A DNA stretch of 64,000 nucleotides from the human T2T-CHM13v2.0 reference genome, Homo sapiens: NCBI RefSeq assembly GCF_009914755.1, contig NC_060927.1. One strand, given 5' to 3'. Both the position numbers and the translations under genes were made by a program. The stretch's first letter is position 1, and each line of letters begins with the position of its first letter. Positions 27,210 to 41,269 of this stretch are shown in pieces. Under the pieces are notes generated by a model. The model made no database searches. It was given only the letters and a program-made list of their open reading frames with translations, and was not told the origin of the DNA.

Positions 27210-28479
27210 AATCCAGTTTCTTATCTTTGTATCACTTGAGCAAATCAATCAGGTGTATGTGCCTGATTACCCATGTCATGCCTGGATCCAAGGATAGAGA
27301 TAGCCTGAATCTCCTCCCTTTGGCTTCCCTGGGCAGTAAAGTGGCCCCACCATTATCATCCTCCAAGAGGGACTCTCACACGTAGGAAGGAGGGTTAGAT
27401 GCAGGACAGCCAAAGAAACAAAAAAAGAGGGACGAATATCAATCACAGTGTCTTAATGAGCCAAGCTGTGTTGAGAACCTGACATGTAATATTCACCATG
27501 ATCCTGGGAAGCAATAATTGTAACTACTATTCTATAAATTAAAAATTAGGCTTTTATCTAAGGACCCATTGCTAGTAAGCAACAGATCTGGGACTCAAAC
27601 GTAGGTTCGTGGATTTCAAGAGCTCTTCTGTTTTGCAATATCTGACCCTACTTCCATGTCTTATTTTATCTGGATTTGACATATTTTTAAAAATCTGCCT
27701 CACTGGGACTAAGTCAAAGGATTTGAGGGGATGACAATGCAATATTCAAGGCCATTTGACATGGAGCATTGTTCTTTTAGCTAGTAGACAATGTGGACAC
27801 TTGATCATTATTTTTCCAATGATCAGGCACTCATTCAAATAATTCTTATTGAGCTTTGATGTGAAAGGCACTGAGCTAAACGTGGCACATGAATAAGTCA
27901 TGGTTCCTTAGAGAACTGGCAGGGGAGATTGATATGTGGACAGTTAAATCACAATATGTTGTGTTAAGTGCAACGATAGAAGTATGCACAGAAAAATGTA
28001 CAGAAGCAGTGCTGAGCAGGCAGCTACTTGGACCCCTTTAAGTAACTTTTCTGGAAGTTTTGTCAGGAACACTTGGGTTGTGCTCAGCAGCAAGTAAGTC
28101 CCCAAATCAACTAAGATTTATTTCCCACTCCTGCTAAATGTCCACTATGCATCTTCTGTACTTCATTGCCCCCCCAGGACCCAGGATGCTGAAGTAACCT
28201 CTCTCTGGACAGGCTCACTTAAGAGAGTTAAGAGTAAGCAAAACCATGCCCTGGCTCCCACACTGTCTATCCAGGAAGAATACCCATATTTCTGCCTATA
28301 GTTCATGGGATAAAGCAAGTCACATGGCCAAAATTGACACCAATAGGACAGGAAATAATAATGTTGATCTTCTCCCAGGGAGGGGCAGCGAGTGTTTATA
28401 AACAAGAGTATAGTCCACCACATGAGCCATCTGGGAGACAGGAGCAACCAGAAAGGCTCTCCCAGAGAGAAGAAATGTG

Positions 28480-28720
28480 AAGTGGTCCGGTGGAAGGTGG
28501 GATCTGGGTTCATCCTGGGTTTGAATCCAGTTTCTACCACTTACTATTGTACAACCATTGGAAAGTTACCTAAATTAGCTAACTGCCATTTCCATTTCCT
28601 CAATAGTAAATGTAGAATAAAAAGGGTACCTACCTCATGGGGTTCTTGTAGAGAATAAATGAAACAAACATTTAGCACAGTGCCTATCATACATAGTACA
28701 TTCTTAAATGTTGACAATCA
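28480..28720 (+). mobile_element. MIR SINE
   Basis: cctgggtttgaatccagtttctaccacttact...gtacctacctcatggggtt. Confidence 0.8.
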
Positions 28721-29992
28721 GCATAAAAAGCTAATATTTTAGCTGAATTTTGAAAAATGAATACAAGTTTTCCACGTGGATGGTGTTAATAAGGTAGAAT
28801 ACTGGTTTTCCAGGCAGAAGGGCAAGTATAGGCCAAGTAGTGACCTCTGACCCAGCACCAATAGAGCCAGTACTTTCTGGAGGTGTTAAAGTGGGGAGAA
28901 AAGGGTGTTGAGAGATGAGGGTGGGGAAGGGAACAGGGCCCAGGTCCTGAAAGACTTGTAGGCCATATTTAGAAGCTTAGACTTTCTCCTTTAGGCAATG
29001 GGAACCCAGGGAAGAGTTTTAATCTGGGACAGATGGAGAGAGATAGTATCATTATGGAACATGCCCAGAGGTCAGGGGTGGGGACAAGGTGAAGCCCGGA
29101 GAGGGGACTATTCTGTGTAATAATCTAGGTGAGAGGTGGCAAGTGCTGCCAGCAAGGCAGGGATGGTAAAAACTGAGAGGAAGGGACCGACAGGAGGTAG
29201 CATACAAGGGGCCTGCCAGAGCTGTGAGTGCACCGGGACTTCTTGCCTTTTCGGCTGCTGAAGCCCCAAACCCAGAGTGGCATGAGGCAATGCATAAGGG
29301 GTTGTTGAATAAATGTATCAACAAGACTTGTGAGTGGATTCAGAAATGGTGGGAGAATACCTGCTGGGGGTATCTTTTCTCTCAGTATTTTCCAGACTTC
29401 TCAATTATTGGACTCACCCAGGGTACTTACTAAATATACAGATTCCCAGCAATCCCCCAACCTAGCTCCTCCATCTTTTGATGAACCTTGAAATCTCTAT
29501 TTTTAAAAATAACTATTGATTAGTGGTAAGAAACTAATGATTCATTTGGTAAATCCTGCTAAACTGATTAAAATATTAGTGGTCAAAAAGGACAAGGGTG
29601 CTGGGTATGTCAATGAGGTGTCATGATTCAATCTGGGATTGTGCATTCATTCTTCAATGCTGTTTAGAGATGTTTATGGGCACTCCTATTCATATCCTAG
29701 AGCACTTACATTAGGGTTAGTTATGTTGTTTTAAGAAAATGTCTATATTATAAGTTACACGATTTCCATCTGTTTTTATTACCCTTGGGTAATACACAAA
29801 TTCTTCTAAAATTCCCCCACATTGGGATCTCATCCTTGGGCTAATGAGAAAGGCAGTGGGAAAACCTCTTCTAGAATGTTACTTCTCAGAGTGTGTTCTG
29901 CAGACCAGTGCTGATCTGGGACATGCTCATAACTGGCCCATGAAAGGTGAGAGCAAAAATTGAGGTGAGTCATTTAGACACTACAATAGAAA

Positions 29993-30191
29993 CAACCTCA
30001 GTACTGTGGACCTCTGGAACCTGATGATTGTGGTGGAAGCTGTCCTGTGCATTGAAGGATGTTTAGCATCATCTCTGGTGTCTTCCCATTAGATGCTAGT
30101 AGCACTCTCCTCCCAGTTTTGACAATCAAAAATGTCTCTAGACATTGGCAAATGTCCCCACAAGATAAAATGTCCCAGGTGAGAACCATTG
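29993..30191. mobile_element. MER20 (hAT-Charlie)
   Basis: gctgtcctgtgcattgaaggatgtttagca...caaaaatgtctctagacattggcaaatgtccc...gagaaccattg. Confidence 0.85.
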
Positions 30192-31519
30192 CTTTATAAC
30201 AATTTAATAGAGTAATGTTATGCCTATGACTCCAATAATATGAAAATAAAATTGGATTGTTTGAGTCTTTTAATTTCATTTTCTAGTAATTCATTATTAT
30301 ATTTTGCTCTTAATTCATACAGAGTTTTTTAAATAGCCCTTCGCTATATATAGCTTAAAACACACTGAGGGAAAGTCACTGTAAAATATAGAAGTGATCC
30401 TTAGAAGAAGAGGTACAACCTTGGACTGTCTATCATCCCCCTACCACAGTCAACATTACAAGATGACTTTGAGGAAATTAACTAGACTTTGTTTTTTATG
30501 GTTTTATTTCTGTAACCCATCATGGAAAAGTCTCTAACATTCTCATATCACTACAAAGGAAGAAGCAGCCAGCACTAGGTTACCCATTCTCCAGTGAGAG
30601 TAAGTAGCTCTTTTTTTCTTTCCCAGGTCAGATGAAAATTTGCTGGAGGGGAAGGTGGGGAAAGAACCTAGAAGTAAACCCTCAAAACCTTTGTATGAGA
30701 GAAAGCCCTAGGTAAGAGGTCACACACTACCTAACCACGGTTAAATTTAGTCTACAGACAGGTTTTTTTTGCCTCACATATTGACTTTTTAAAAATTAAT
30801 TACAAAACTACTTCTCATAAAAATCATGATTGCCAGCTTCTCTTGAAAGATCAGAGCCTTTTGGCAACACTGGGCCTAGCTTATCTCACAATGTCAATCA
30901 TTGGAGCTGAAAAGCAACTGCCATCCTCAGCCCTCTTCTGCTGTCTCCTGACAGCTCCACTTCCTGATCCATGTAGCCATGTGAGTTGGCAATTCCTGGG
31001 CAAGGTCAACAGAGCATTTCATCTAGACATCTGAAGAAATAGAGGTGACAGAGGATTTGGACTTTGAGGATACAACATGGTAGAACCAGGGACTGTCCAA
31101 ATCTGGGACAGGGCAGGTCAAAGGCTCAAGTGCTTGCAGTTGCTAGGTAATTTAGGTCCTGGGTCTTGGAGGTAGGTCTGCTTCAGATGGGACTAGCAAT
31201 ATGGGCACCTCTACAGGTAGGAAAAGATTGCCTGAGCCTGATCTTACTGACTGTATTAATTGAGCCATGAGACTTGTCTGTCTTGGTCTTGGCAGCAATG
31301 TCCCTCACTAGCTAGTGTGCAGGATCTTCTCCCATCACTAATTATTTGGTCTTGTAAGATTCAAGGGGTATCCCAAATTTGATTGCTAGAGAATGTTTAA
31401 CCAGCCTGTCAAGTGAGCACTCAAACTAAACTTAATGGATCTTAGGAAAATAAGTAACAGTGACCTTGATTGCCCTCTGAGTGCCGAGGAGAAACCGTCA
31501 TCTGTTAGGAAAACACTTA

Positions 31520-32778
31520 GTGGGTATTTACTCTGTGCGGGCTTTGAGGTTCCAAGAACAGGTGAGGCAAATCAGTGCTCCTCACCCTATGATGCTGTCA
31601 CTGAGGGATGAATTCAGCTGTGTAAAAAGATAATCAGGACACACTGGGTGAATGCTATTTCAGAGGATGATCCAAACCCTGAAGCAGCCAAAGCATGAGT
31701 AACATAATCTCTGCTCGGACAACTTGGGGCTTCCTGGAGGAGATGCCATCTCAGCTGGGCTTTGAAGATTAGGTGGATTTATTAGATAAAGAAAAAAAAA
31801 TAAAGCATTGTAGCCAAAGGAATCAGCCTGTGTAAATAAGGCTGGAGGCTGACTGAAATGAGCAGCAATTTAGTATGGCAAGAAGAGAGTGTGAGTAAAC
31901 ACAGTGGTAGGCACCCAAGAAAGGGCTGAGATCAGGTCAGGTCATGTCCTCACATCAAGGTTACTTGAGCTTATTGGTTGCGTGAAAATTCAACAATTAT
32001 GTGATCTTATCAACTTTGTTTCTTTAGAGATGAAATCTGATGGCATATTAAAGATAGACTGGGCAAGAAAAACTGGAGGCAGACAGCCCAGCTCTGAAGC
32101 TGTTTGCAAACCTGAACTAAGGCAGTGACAGCAGTGAGACATTCTCTCGAAATTTCAAGACTTACATTAAACGAGGAGGTGGGAGAGACGAAGGTGCTTT
32201 CTGACTTGGGGAGACTAGATGGTTGTTGAAACTCTTAACAGAAATGAAAAAAATAAAGAGCATGTTTGAGGAGATATGGTAGAGAGTGAGTTGTTTAGGA
32301 CAAGTTTGAAACAACTGTGGGATCTTCAAATAGACTTATCCGAAAGATGCTGAAAAACAGGATACTAGAGTTTCTAAGAGTAAGAAAGATACTAGAGATA
32401 TCATAAATGATTGATGAAGCCACATGAGTGGCTGAAAGTGCCAGAAAGAGAAAAGGAAGATCCAGAACAGAATCTTAGGGAACCTTCAATTTAAGGGACA
32501 AACACGAGAAGAGGATACTACAATAAGGGAAAGAAAGGACAGTCAGAGAATTGGGAACATGAAGACTACAGTGATAGAAACCAGTGAAGGGAGGTTTCAA
32601 GAAGCAGTCAACCCTAGTGTCCGGCAGGGGACATGCAGAAAAATATCCATAGGATTTTGCAATTAGGAGGCCATTAGAGACCTTAGCTGGAGCCACCTCA
32701 AAGGAAGGGGAATGGCCAGAAGCTAGAATGTAGTGGATTGAGGCATGAACTGAGGGTTTGTGGAAGTGGAGATGGTAG
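31520..32778 (-). mobile_element. L2 LINE fragment(s)
   Basis: ggcttcctggaggagatgccatctcagctgggctttgaaga; ggattttgcaattaggaggccattagagacctt; gtagtggattgagg. Confidence 0.65.
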
Positions 32779-33387
32779 TGCTACCGGAAAGGGGCCCTGA
32801 TACACCAAGAGAGGGTTCTTGGACCTCGCACAAGAAATAATTCAGGGTGAGTCCATAGAGTAAAATGAAAACAAATTTATTCTGCCTCCTCCATAGGCAG
32901 AGCAGCCCTGAAGGCTGCTGGTTGGCTATTTTTATGGTTATTTCTTGATTGTATGCTAAACTAGGAATGGATTATTCATGAGTTTTCTGGGAAAGGGGTG
33001 AACAATTCCCAGAACTGAGGGTTCGTCCCCTTTTTAGACTACATAGGGTAACTTCCTGCTATTGCCATGACATCTGTAAGCTGTCATGACACTGGTGGGA
33101 GAGTCTTTTAGCATGCTACTCCATTATAATTAGTGTATAATGAGCACTGAGGACGACCAGAGGTCACTTTCATTGCCATCTTGGTTTTGGTGGTTTTTAG
33201 GATGGCTGGCTTCCTTACAACATCCTATTTTATCAGCAAGGTTTTGTGACATGTATCTTGGGCCTATCTCCTATCTCGTCCTGTAACAAATGCCTGATCT
33301 CCTGGGAATGCAGCCCAGTAGGTCTCAGCCTCATTTTACCCAGCCCCTATTCAAGATGGAGTCGCTCTGGTTCAAATGCCTCTGACA
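32779..33387 (-). mobile_element. MER41 (MER41B-like, ERV1) solo LTR
   Basis: Reverse complement begins TGTCAGAGGCATTTGAACCAGAGCGACTCCATCTTGAATAGGGGCTGGGTAAAATGAGGCTGAG, the MER41 start; TG...CA ends; near-TSD gtag/gtaa. Confidence 0.9.
32985..33014. promoter_or_regulatory. Tandem GAS (STAT) motifs in MER41
   Basis: TTCTGGGAA (32985-32993) and TTCCCAGAA (33006-33014), both fitting TTCN3GAA. Confidence 0.6.
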
Positions 33388-33879
33388 GTAAGGTGGACTA
33401 CTAATTCGTAAATTTGATATTAAAGCGAACCCAACAGGCTAGAGGCCGGAAGCAGGCTACAATTGTGGTATTTCATCCCCATTTGTCAGCCTTAATTGCT
33501 GGGGATGTCTTGAGCTTATTTGTAACAAGAGGGAAAGGCCCAGTAAAAAGAGAAAGATGAAAATTCCTAGAGACAGAGGGTTCCAGGGCATGTTCCAAGT
33601 GAGGACTTTGGGGATGTCTGGGAATGAGGGGAGGATCACAAGCTCTGCTTTTATGAGTAATGGGAGGGAAATTGACTTGAGGGAATGTCTCATGAAAATC
33701 CTAGCATTTCTTAAGGTTTGGATGTGGGGAGCAGGAAAGCCCTCCCCCAGGAACTTGAGAACCCCCAGCTGACTCACGGGGCCCCTCCCAGGAGCCACCA
33801 AATCAGAATCACTGGGAGGAGGACCCCAGGACCTGCATTTTAAACCAGCACCCCAGAAAGCCACCATGTGAGAAATGAT

Positions 33880-34110
33880 AGAGTAATTATGCCTCCTCTG
33901 AAGCCAAGTTGCCTGGGTTCAACTATCTTCTCTGCCAATAACCAAATATATGATATTGGGAAATTTACTAAATCTTTCTGTGCCCCAGTTTCCTCTTTTG
34001 AAAAATGGGCATGATGGGAACTACCTCAAAAGGGTATTGGTGAGGAGTAGATGAATGAGTGTATGGAAAGTACTCACAACAGTGTCTGGCACATAGTAAA
34101 TACACAAGAA
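33880..34110 (+). mobile_element. MIR SINE
   Basis: gcctgggttcaact...tctgtgccccagtttcctc...acagtgtctggcacatagtaaa. Confidence 0.8.
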
Positions 34111-34139
34111 ACGTGGACACATGGCTTTTATTTCACATT

Positions 34140-34360
34140 TTCTGTCATAATGATTCTCAGTTTACAGTATGAGCACGGATCACTTGGGGAAATGCATGAA
34201 AACTCCAAATTTTGCTGCTGAAATTCCAGAGAAGCTAATGAAATTGGTCTGAGATGGGCCTCTAAAATCTGTGTTTTAAACAAGTCCATTTTCCCCAACC
34301 TCTCCCCAGCCCCCATAATTTCAGTGTAAGTGGGCACAGGACCACACTTCCAGAATCATT
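34140..34360. mobile_element. MER5-type hAT element
   Basis: ggtctgagatgggcctctaaaatctgtgttttaaacaag. Confidence 0.55.
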
Positions 34361-34472
34361 GTTCTGCAGGATTGTGCCCATTGGGCTAGCTGTGCCCCTG
34401 CTCTCAGCTTTGCCTACTTGCAGGAAGGTCAAGATAGCCCTGACGTCTCTCAAGGCCCTCACTGGACGGTGA

Positions 34473-34815
<343 letters not shown>

Positions 34816-36479
34816 TAATTATGAAGATTTTTAAAACAACTTTTGGTTTTAAAAACCTTTGACTCTGAAAGTATTTTTACCCAAATTAGTCATTTGTCAG
34901 CCTTTATTGCTACTGGTGTTTTCTTTGGGGGGAAAGCAATTTGAAAAGAGATACATGTGTATATGTAGGAACTTTCAGAGACATGAGGCAATTTTTCTAG
35001 TGTATTTATAGCACAGCCATTACTATGTGCGCTGGTTTCAAACTTAACATTACAAAACACAAGAACAATAAAACTTAAAATGTAAACGAGCTCAGCAAAC
35101 CAAACGTTTTCTTCCAATTGGGTAAATGGTTCTAAAATTTTAACTTGAGTATTCAGCACAAAGGATCGTTATTGACATAAATAAAAATAATGGAAAGAGT
35201 GACTGGAGGTGCAATTAGATTCCTCCTGGCAACTGTATGTAAAGAATGGTAATTGTAAAGGAGAAGACAGGTGTCTGGCCTCCTGTGTGCAATGCAAATG
35301 AGCCTCACTGGCTTTTTTTTCCCCCACAACGTTTAGTTAAAGTACTGTGAGTACTGGCTTTAAGTTGGGTAAGGCTGTTGTTTGCAGGTGATGTGAAGGT
35401 GTCCTGGGTCCTCTTGCTGATGAAAAGCAGTGGCCAACAGGGTTAACTTCTGTTATCTAACCCAAAGCAGATTCATAGTAATTTATCGGGATTTTCTGTA
35501 TTTTTGATTTAAAAAAAAATTAGAGCTTTGCTGCTTACAAGGCTTTTAGACCCATTGACTCGAGATTGCAAATGGGCTGTCTGAAGCCTACACAGGTTTT
35601 CTTTTTGGCCTGCACAATGTTTTAAAAATAACTAAAGAGTTGCCAGGGTTTTTCTCTTGATTGGGAGAATTCACATTAAATTCAGATTTCAACTCTTAAA
35701 AAACATCATGTCGTGACCTATATTCTTGCATGATTGAAATGAGCTGGAGCCGTGTAGCAGCTGCTCCCTTTATATAGGGCATGTATTTTCTCTGTTATCC
35801 TCTCTGTGCCTCAGTTTCTTCATCTGAAAAATAGGGATAGTAGTTATTCCTCTTTTGTAGTTATTGTGATAAGCAAGGAAGTTGATATAGGCAAAACACT
35901 TAATGCCCAGCATTTAATAAGTGCCACAGTCTCCACCCAGCCCAATTGATTTAAATTCCTGGCAGGCACATAGTTTACATGCATTTGCATTTGTGACCCT
36001 TGCTAAGTCTCACAAATTTTTAAAAGTAGATACCAAAAAGAGTAGATACCAACGTTTCTAAAAAGCCGAGGAGTTTGAGGGCCTTTAGCACCTTCCTGCT
36101 AAAAAGAGCTGGCCCCAAGGAATTTAAAATCTGAGGAGAACAAGAACTAATTTGCTGAGGGGCAAAAAAGTGAGGGGACAAGTCTGTAATGATTTATAGA
36201 CTCAAAACACTGTCTTCGTTAAACTTTGTAGGTTAAGTTTGCAGCTTTGGGATTTTTCCTTTCTTTTATTCTCTATCTCTTCTCCTGTGGTTTTGAGTAG
36301 TAAGAATGCTTAGAAACCCCCAAATAATTCGGCATGTGTTTAAGAGGAAGTATTAATACATAAAAAGTTCAAGACAAGATTGTGCTCCTGAAAAATACTG
36401 AGTGGGAACCATCATGCGGCGGCAGTTGTGAGACCCCAGTGGAGTGGCACTCTATTTGTCACCAGGATTGCCGCATCTT

Positions 36480-36980
36480 ACTACACTGGGTATTTTCCAC
36501 CAGTCTTCCCAGATCCACTCTCCGTCCTTCCACCTGCTTGGGGTCCCCAGAGGCTAGCTTGTGTGGGCTCTCACTGGCTTCCCAGCCCTTGGGTGTTCAG
36601 CTAGATTCAGCCAATGAGAGGCTTGGTGGGAGATGAGAGAGAGGAGAAAAGGTGAGGTTGTGTGTTTATTGCAGTGCTGCCCTGCTGCTGGCCTGCGGCA
36701 GCCTGGCTGTGTCTCCCTACCAATGACCCAGGGCTCCTGCCAGGCAGCTCTCTTGAATCAGCTGTGTTCTCTCAGTTCCAGTCATTGCTCTCCACCCTCT
36801 TCTCCTTCAGGCAGGTCCAGGGATGGCAAAGGATGCCCACTGTTGCCAGACCAAGGAGACCACACCATCTTCAGTGACTTTCCTAAAGCCCACTGGCACC
36901 TTTGAGAACAATCCTTTTATTAAACTCTCAATGGTTTCAACCCAGGCATGGGTTTCCTGCCAGAACTCTGATTGATAAAG
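36480..36980 (+). mobile_element. LTR33-like ERVL LTR
   Basis: cagatccactctcc...ttcagccaatgagaggc...ggagatgagag...ttttattaaactctc...ctgattgata. Confidence 0.6.
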
Positions 36981-37429
36981 GATATTATATGGTAGATAAG
37001 TTTACCACTTATACCCTGCTTGTGTTTAAGAACAGGGCCTTCATAATCTTCTGTGCCATGTCCTTATTAGTAAATTCTTGGGTTTGATCTTATCATTATA
37101 TGCTAAGCAATGCTTACTCAGTTGCATTAGTAGATTGAGTAATGTGTTAATCAAAATAATGTTATCGAAGGTGAAATTTTGAAGAGGAATAATGTTACTC
37201 CACATGAACTTTTTTCTGTCTTACCATGAAGGAATGAGAAAAATGCCTCCATGTATGTGCTTCCCATAATGCCTTGGGCTAAGAGCGTGTTCCGCTCCTA
37301 CCCTATGCCCCCAACCATGGAGCTCACATATTCAGGTTTTCAAATATAAGCAAAAATTCTACATAACTGAAAGTGAAGGGAAGGTGTACATAGGAGGAGA
37401 CAATGAATTCGTTAGTGAAGGAGTAGAGT

Positions 37430-37660
37430 TGTAGCCCACTATGGTGGCCCTGGGCCATGTGTTGCTATTGAGCAGTTAAATTGTGGCTGGTCCAAATTGA
37501 GATGTGCTGAAAGTACAGAATGCACCCTGGATTCCAGGGTATCTATGAAAAATATGCAAAATATATCATTGATAATCTAAATATTGATTACATTTTGAAT
37601 TACATATACATTTATGCTCTTTTGAATACACTGGGTTATTCAAATGTTATTAACATCTTT
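37430..37660. mobile_element. MER3/MER33-type hAT element
   Basis: gccatgtgttgctattgagcagttaaattgtggctggtccaaattgagatgtgctg. Confidence 0.7.
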
Positions 37661-38783
37661 TTGAAATAGTAAATTAGAACTGTTCTGTGTCTCTCTCCCT
37701 CACTTGCAACCCATGGCCTTTATTGAATAAGAGTGAAATGGAGGGTTAGAGCTTATGCTTGGCACATACCTTGTAGCCACCTTCTTTGAGCCATACCCCA
37801 TGGCATGTCCCACATATGAACATGATTTGTAACCCTTTTCCCAGGTAGAAAAGGGATTCTGTGTACCATAAATGTCAGTGGAGGCCACTTGTCCTTTGAG
37901 ATGTACGTAAAATTCTCTCCAACATTAGATCCCCACTAAGAAGGAAGTCATATGCCTCTCTTCCTCTGGTCACTTCTTTCTCTCTCTCTTCTCACCTTCT
38001 ATAACTCTTCTCCCCGTTGGGTTTCACACTGACCCAGGGGTGGTCAATGTGTCCTAACTCTTGATTTTCCTACCAGTCTCTTACACAAAGTATTTAAAAG
38101 TTGTAGCTTTTACTGAAAGTAAAAGATGAAAGAAATTTCTTTCACACCAAGGCATGAGGGATTTCTGACTGGCCACCTTTGTTGATAAGTACCTCCTGGA
38201 ATCACCTCTTTACTCCCAAATTCCTTCTACTTCTTAAACAGAGTACTGTAACCATCTGTTTGTCCTGCTACAATCTTCCATGCCCTATATCTTGGAGTCT
38301 CATCTTCTACACTTAAACGATTCTATGAAGCATCTGTCTTAAACACAGACATTTCTTTGTGAAATGCTCCGCTAGAACCTAAAACTAATGTGACCTCTTT
38401 ATGTCTCAATATCCTCATGCTTAAAAGCTTAAAAAAGCACCACTGGGCTTATTGTGAATCTTAAGCAAGACAATACCCATGAAGAGCATGGAACATGGTC
38501 TCAGATATAGTAAGCCTTTAGTAAGTGCTAACTGACAGTGATGTTCTTAAAACAGAAGGAACTTCCACCCCATTACACGAGCAACTTTCATTTTAAGGTA
38601 ATGCTTCACTTCAGGAAATCCTGGGGCAGGTGACTAGCTGCCCAAAGATACCTCTCTTTCCCCTGCTCTAGTATAATGGCTTGGATTGGAGACATTAGAA
38701 AAATGCACCCACCAAAGGTTTGAGGAGGTTTCCAGTGGCCATATGCTAGACTTCTTATGGCACAAACTTTCCATGGCAACCTC

Positions 38784-39270
38784 TGTAGTAGTTTCCTATG
38801 ACTGCTGTAAAAATTGCCACAAACTTGGCAACTTAATACACATTTATTGTCTCACAGCTTCTGGAGGGCAGAAATTTAAAATGAGTTTCACTGGGCCAAA
38901 ATCAAGTTATCAGCAGGGCTGTGCTCCCTCCAGAGGAGCTAGAGGAGAATCTATTTCCAACTTCTAAAACTGCATCCCTGAATTCCTTGGCTCATAGCCC
39001 CTCCCTCTATCTTCAAAGCTAGCAGCTTAGCACCTTGCTTCAGTCCTCAGATTGCCTTCATCTGTCTCTGCAGTCACATCTCCCACTGCTGCCTCCTTAT
39101 AAGGTCATTGTGATTACATTGAGGGTACATCCAGATGATCTAGGATAATTTTCCCATTTTAATATTTTAGGATGATCACATCTGCAAAGTCCCTTTTGCC
39201 AAATAAGGAAACATTCACAAGTTTCAGAGATTCTGACGTGAACATCTGTGGGGGTTATTATTCAGACAAT
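38784..39270 (-). mobile_element. MLT1C/D LTR
   Basis: tgtagtagtttcctatgactgctgtaa...ccacaaacttgg...cacatctgcaaagtcccttttgcca. Confidence 0.85.
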
Positions 39271-39454
39271 TTACCTGACAATTTACCTAAATAGGAGTGA
39301 AGAAATTGACCAGGATTTTTTTTTTCTTTAAGGATAGGAAGAAGTACTAATATATGCATATGAGCAGTTCTAACATTCTTCATACAGTCTCACAGAGCAA
39401 GAATATGCCCCTATTCCCAGCTCTAGAAATACCACTGCAAGTGGCAGCTTTTAA

Positions 39455-39720
39455 AATCCATTCATGTATTCATTCTTCCATCCATCTATTCATTTATTTA
39501 TTCATTCATTTATCAGGCAACAAACAGTTGTCGAGACTGTACTAGGTCCCAGGCACTGTGATAAGAATTAAGTAAAATACATTCCCTGCTCTCGAGGGGA
39601 TTACAATTCATGGTGATGATGGGCGATGGCAGGAAATGACCAGTTAAGTAAGCTAGAGAAATACTGTTTTGAATGCTGCTACAACGGAGGTATGACAAGC
39701 ATTGGGAGGTGCTGTGTGTC
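39455..39720 (-). mobile_element. L2 3' end
   Basis: (cattcatt)n tail followed by ccaggcactgtg...tccctgctctcgagg. Confidence 0.7.
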
Positions 39721-39942
39721 CTTGAAGTAGGGCGATATAAAGTTAAATTTGCTAAGGAAATGCAAAAGACAGTAATATTAGATATCTTGGTGTTTTTGGT
39801 GAAATACGAATTTTTCTTGATGACTAGAGCACTGGTTATTCCATTTAGCTACACATTTGATTCCCCTGGGACTAGGGAGAATGATTAAATACAGATGACT
39901 CAGTTCTACCTCAGATATTCTGGTTTAATTGGTCTGGGGTGA

Positions 39943-40276
<334 letters not shown>

Positions 40277-40316
40277 AAAAATTGGGATTATTTTTAAAAA
40301 AACTTGCAGGTGATTC

Positions 40317-40629
<313 letters not shown>

Positions 40630-41269
40630 TGAATGTGCAGCCAGGTTTGAGAATTGCTGGCCTAAAGCAGAATGAAGGGCAAATGCTGAGACAAGAGACT
40701 AAGCCAAGGGAGAGGTATAAGCATGGCTCATCACAGAGAGTTGTGTGCCTCCCTAAGGGATTCTCTTTGAGCATCCCTTAGGAAGGGATGATTTTTTTGT
40801 TTTTAGTGGTGACTTCCAACAACCTCCTTTCTTGCTCCAATGGTGGTTTGCTTTATGGCATTTGCCTCCAGGCTGCCTTGGCTTCTCATGTGTTTTATAC
40901 AAAAGCATTAAAGCAGGCTAGAATTGAACAAGTTTATGTTGGTGCTCTGAATTTAAGCAGCTGGAAAGTGATTATGCTGTGTACTACACATAGGCCTGCC
41001 ACAGACTAACCACATGCCCTTAGGCAAGATATTTTCTGAGGCTGATTCCTCATCTGAAAAATGGGGATAAATATGTAGAAACTCATATTTATTGGTTACT
41101 GTGATGTATAAAATACTTGTGAGAGAGAAAATCCTTAGAGCAGTGCCTGGCACACTGGAAGTCCTGAGGAAAGCTTCATCTTGTTATGATCTGAACTTGC
41201 TACTTAAAGGGAACCTTGGGGGACCGCTGGAAACAAAATAAGATAATACAGAACAGTGACACTCTAATT

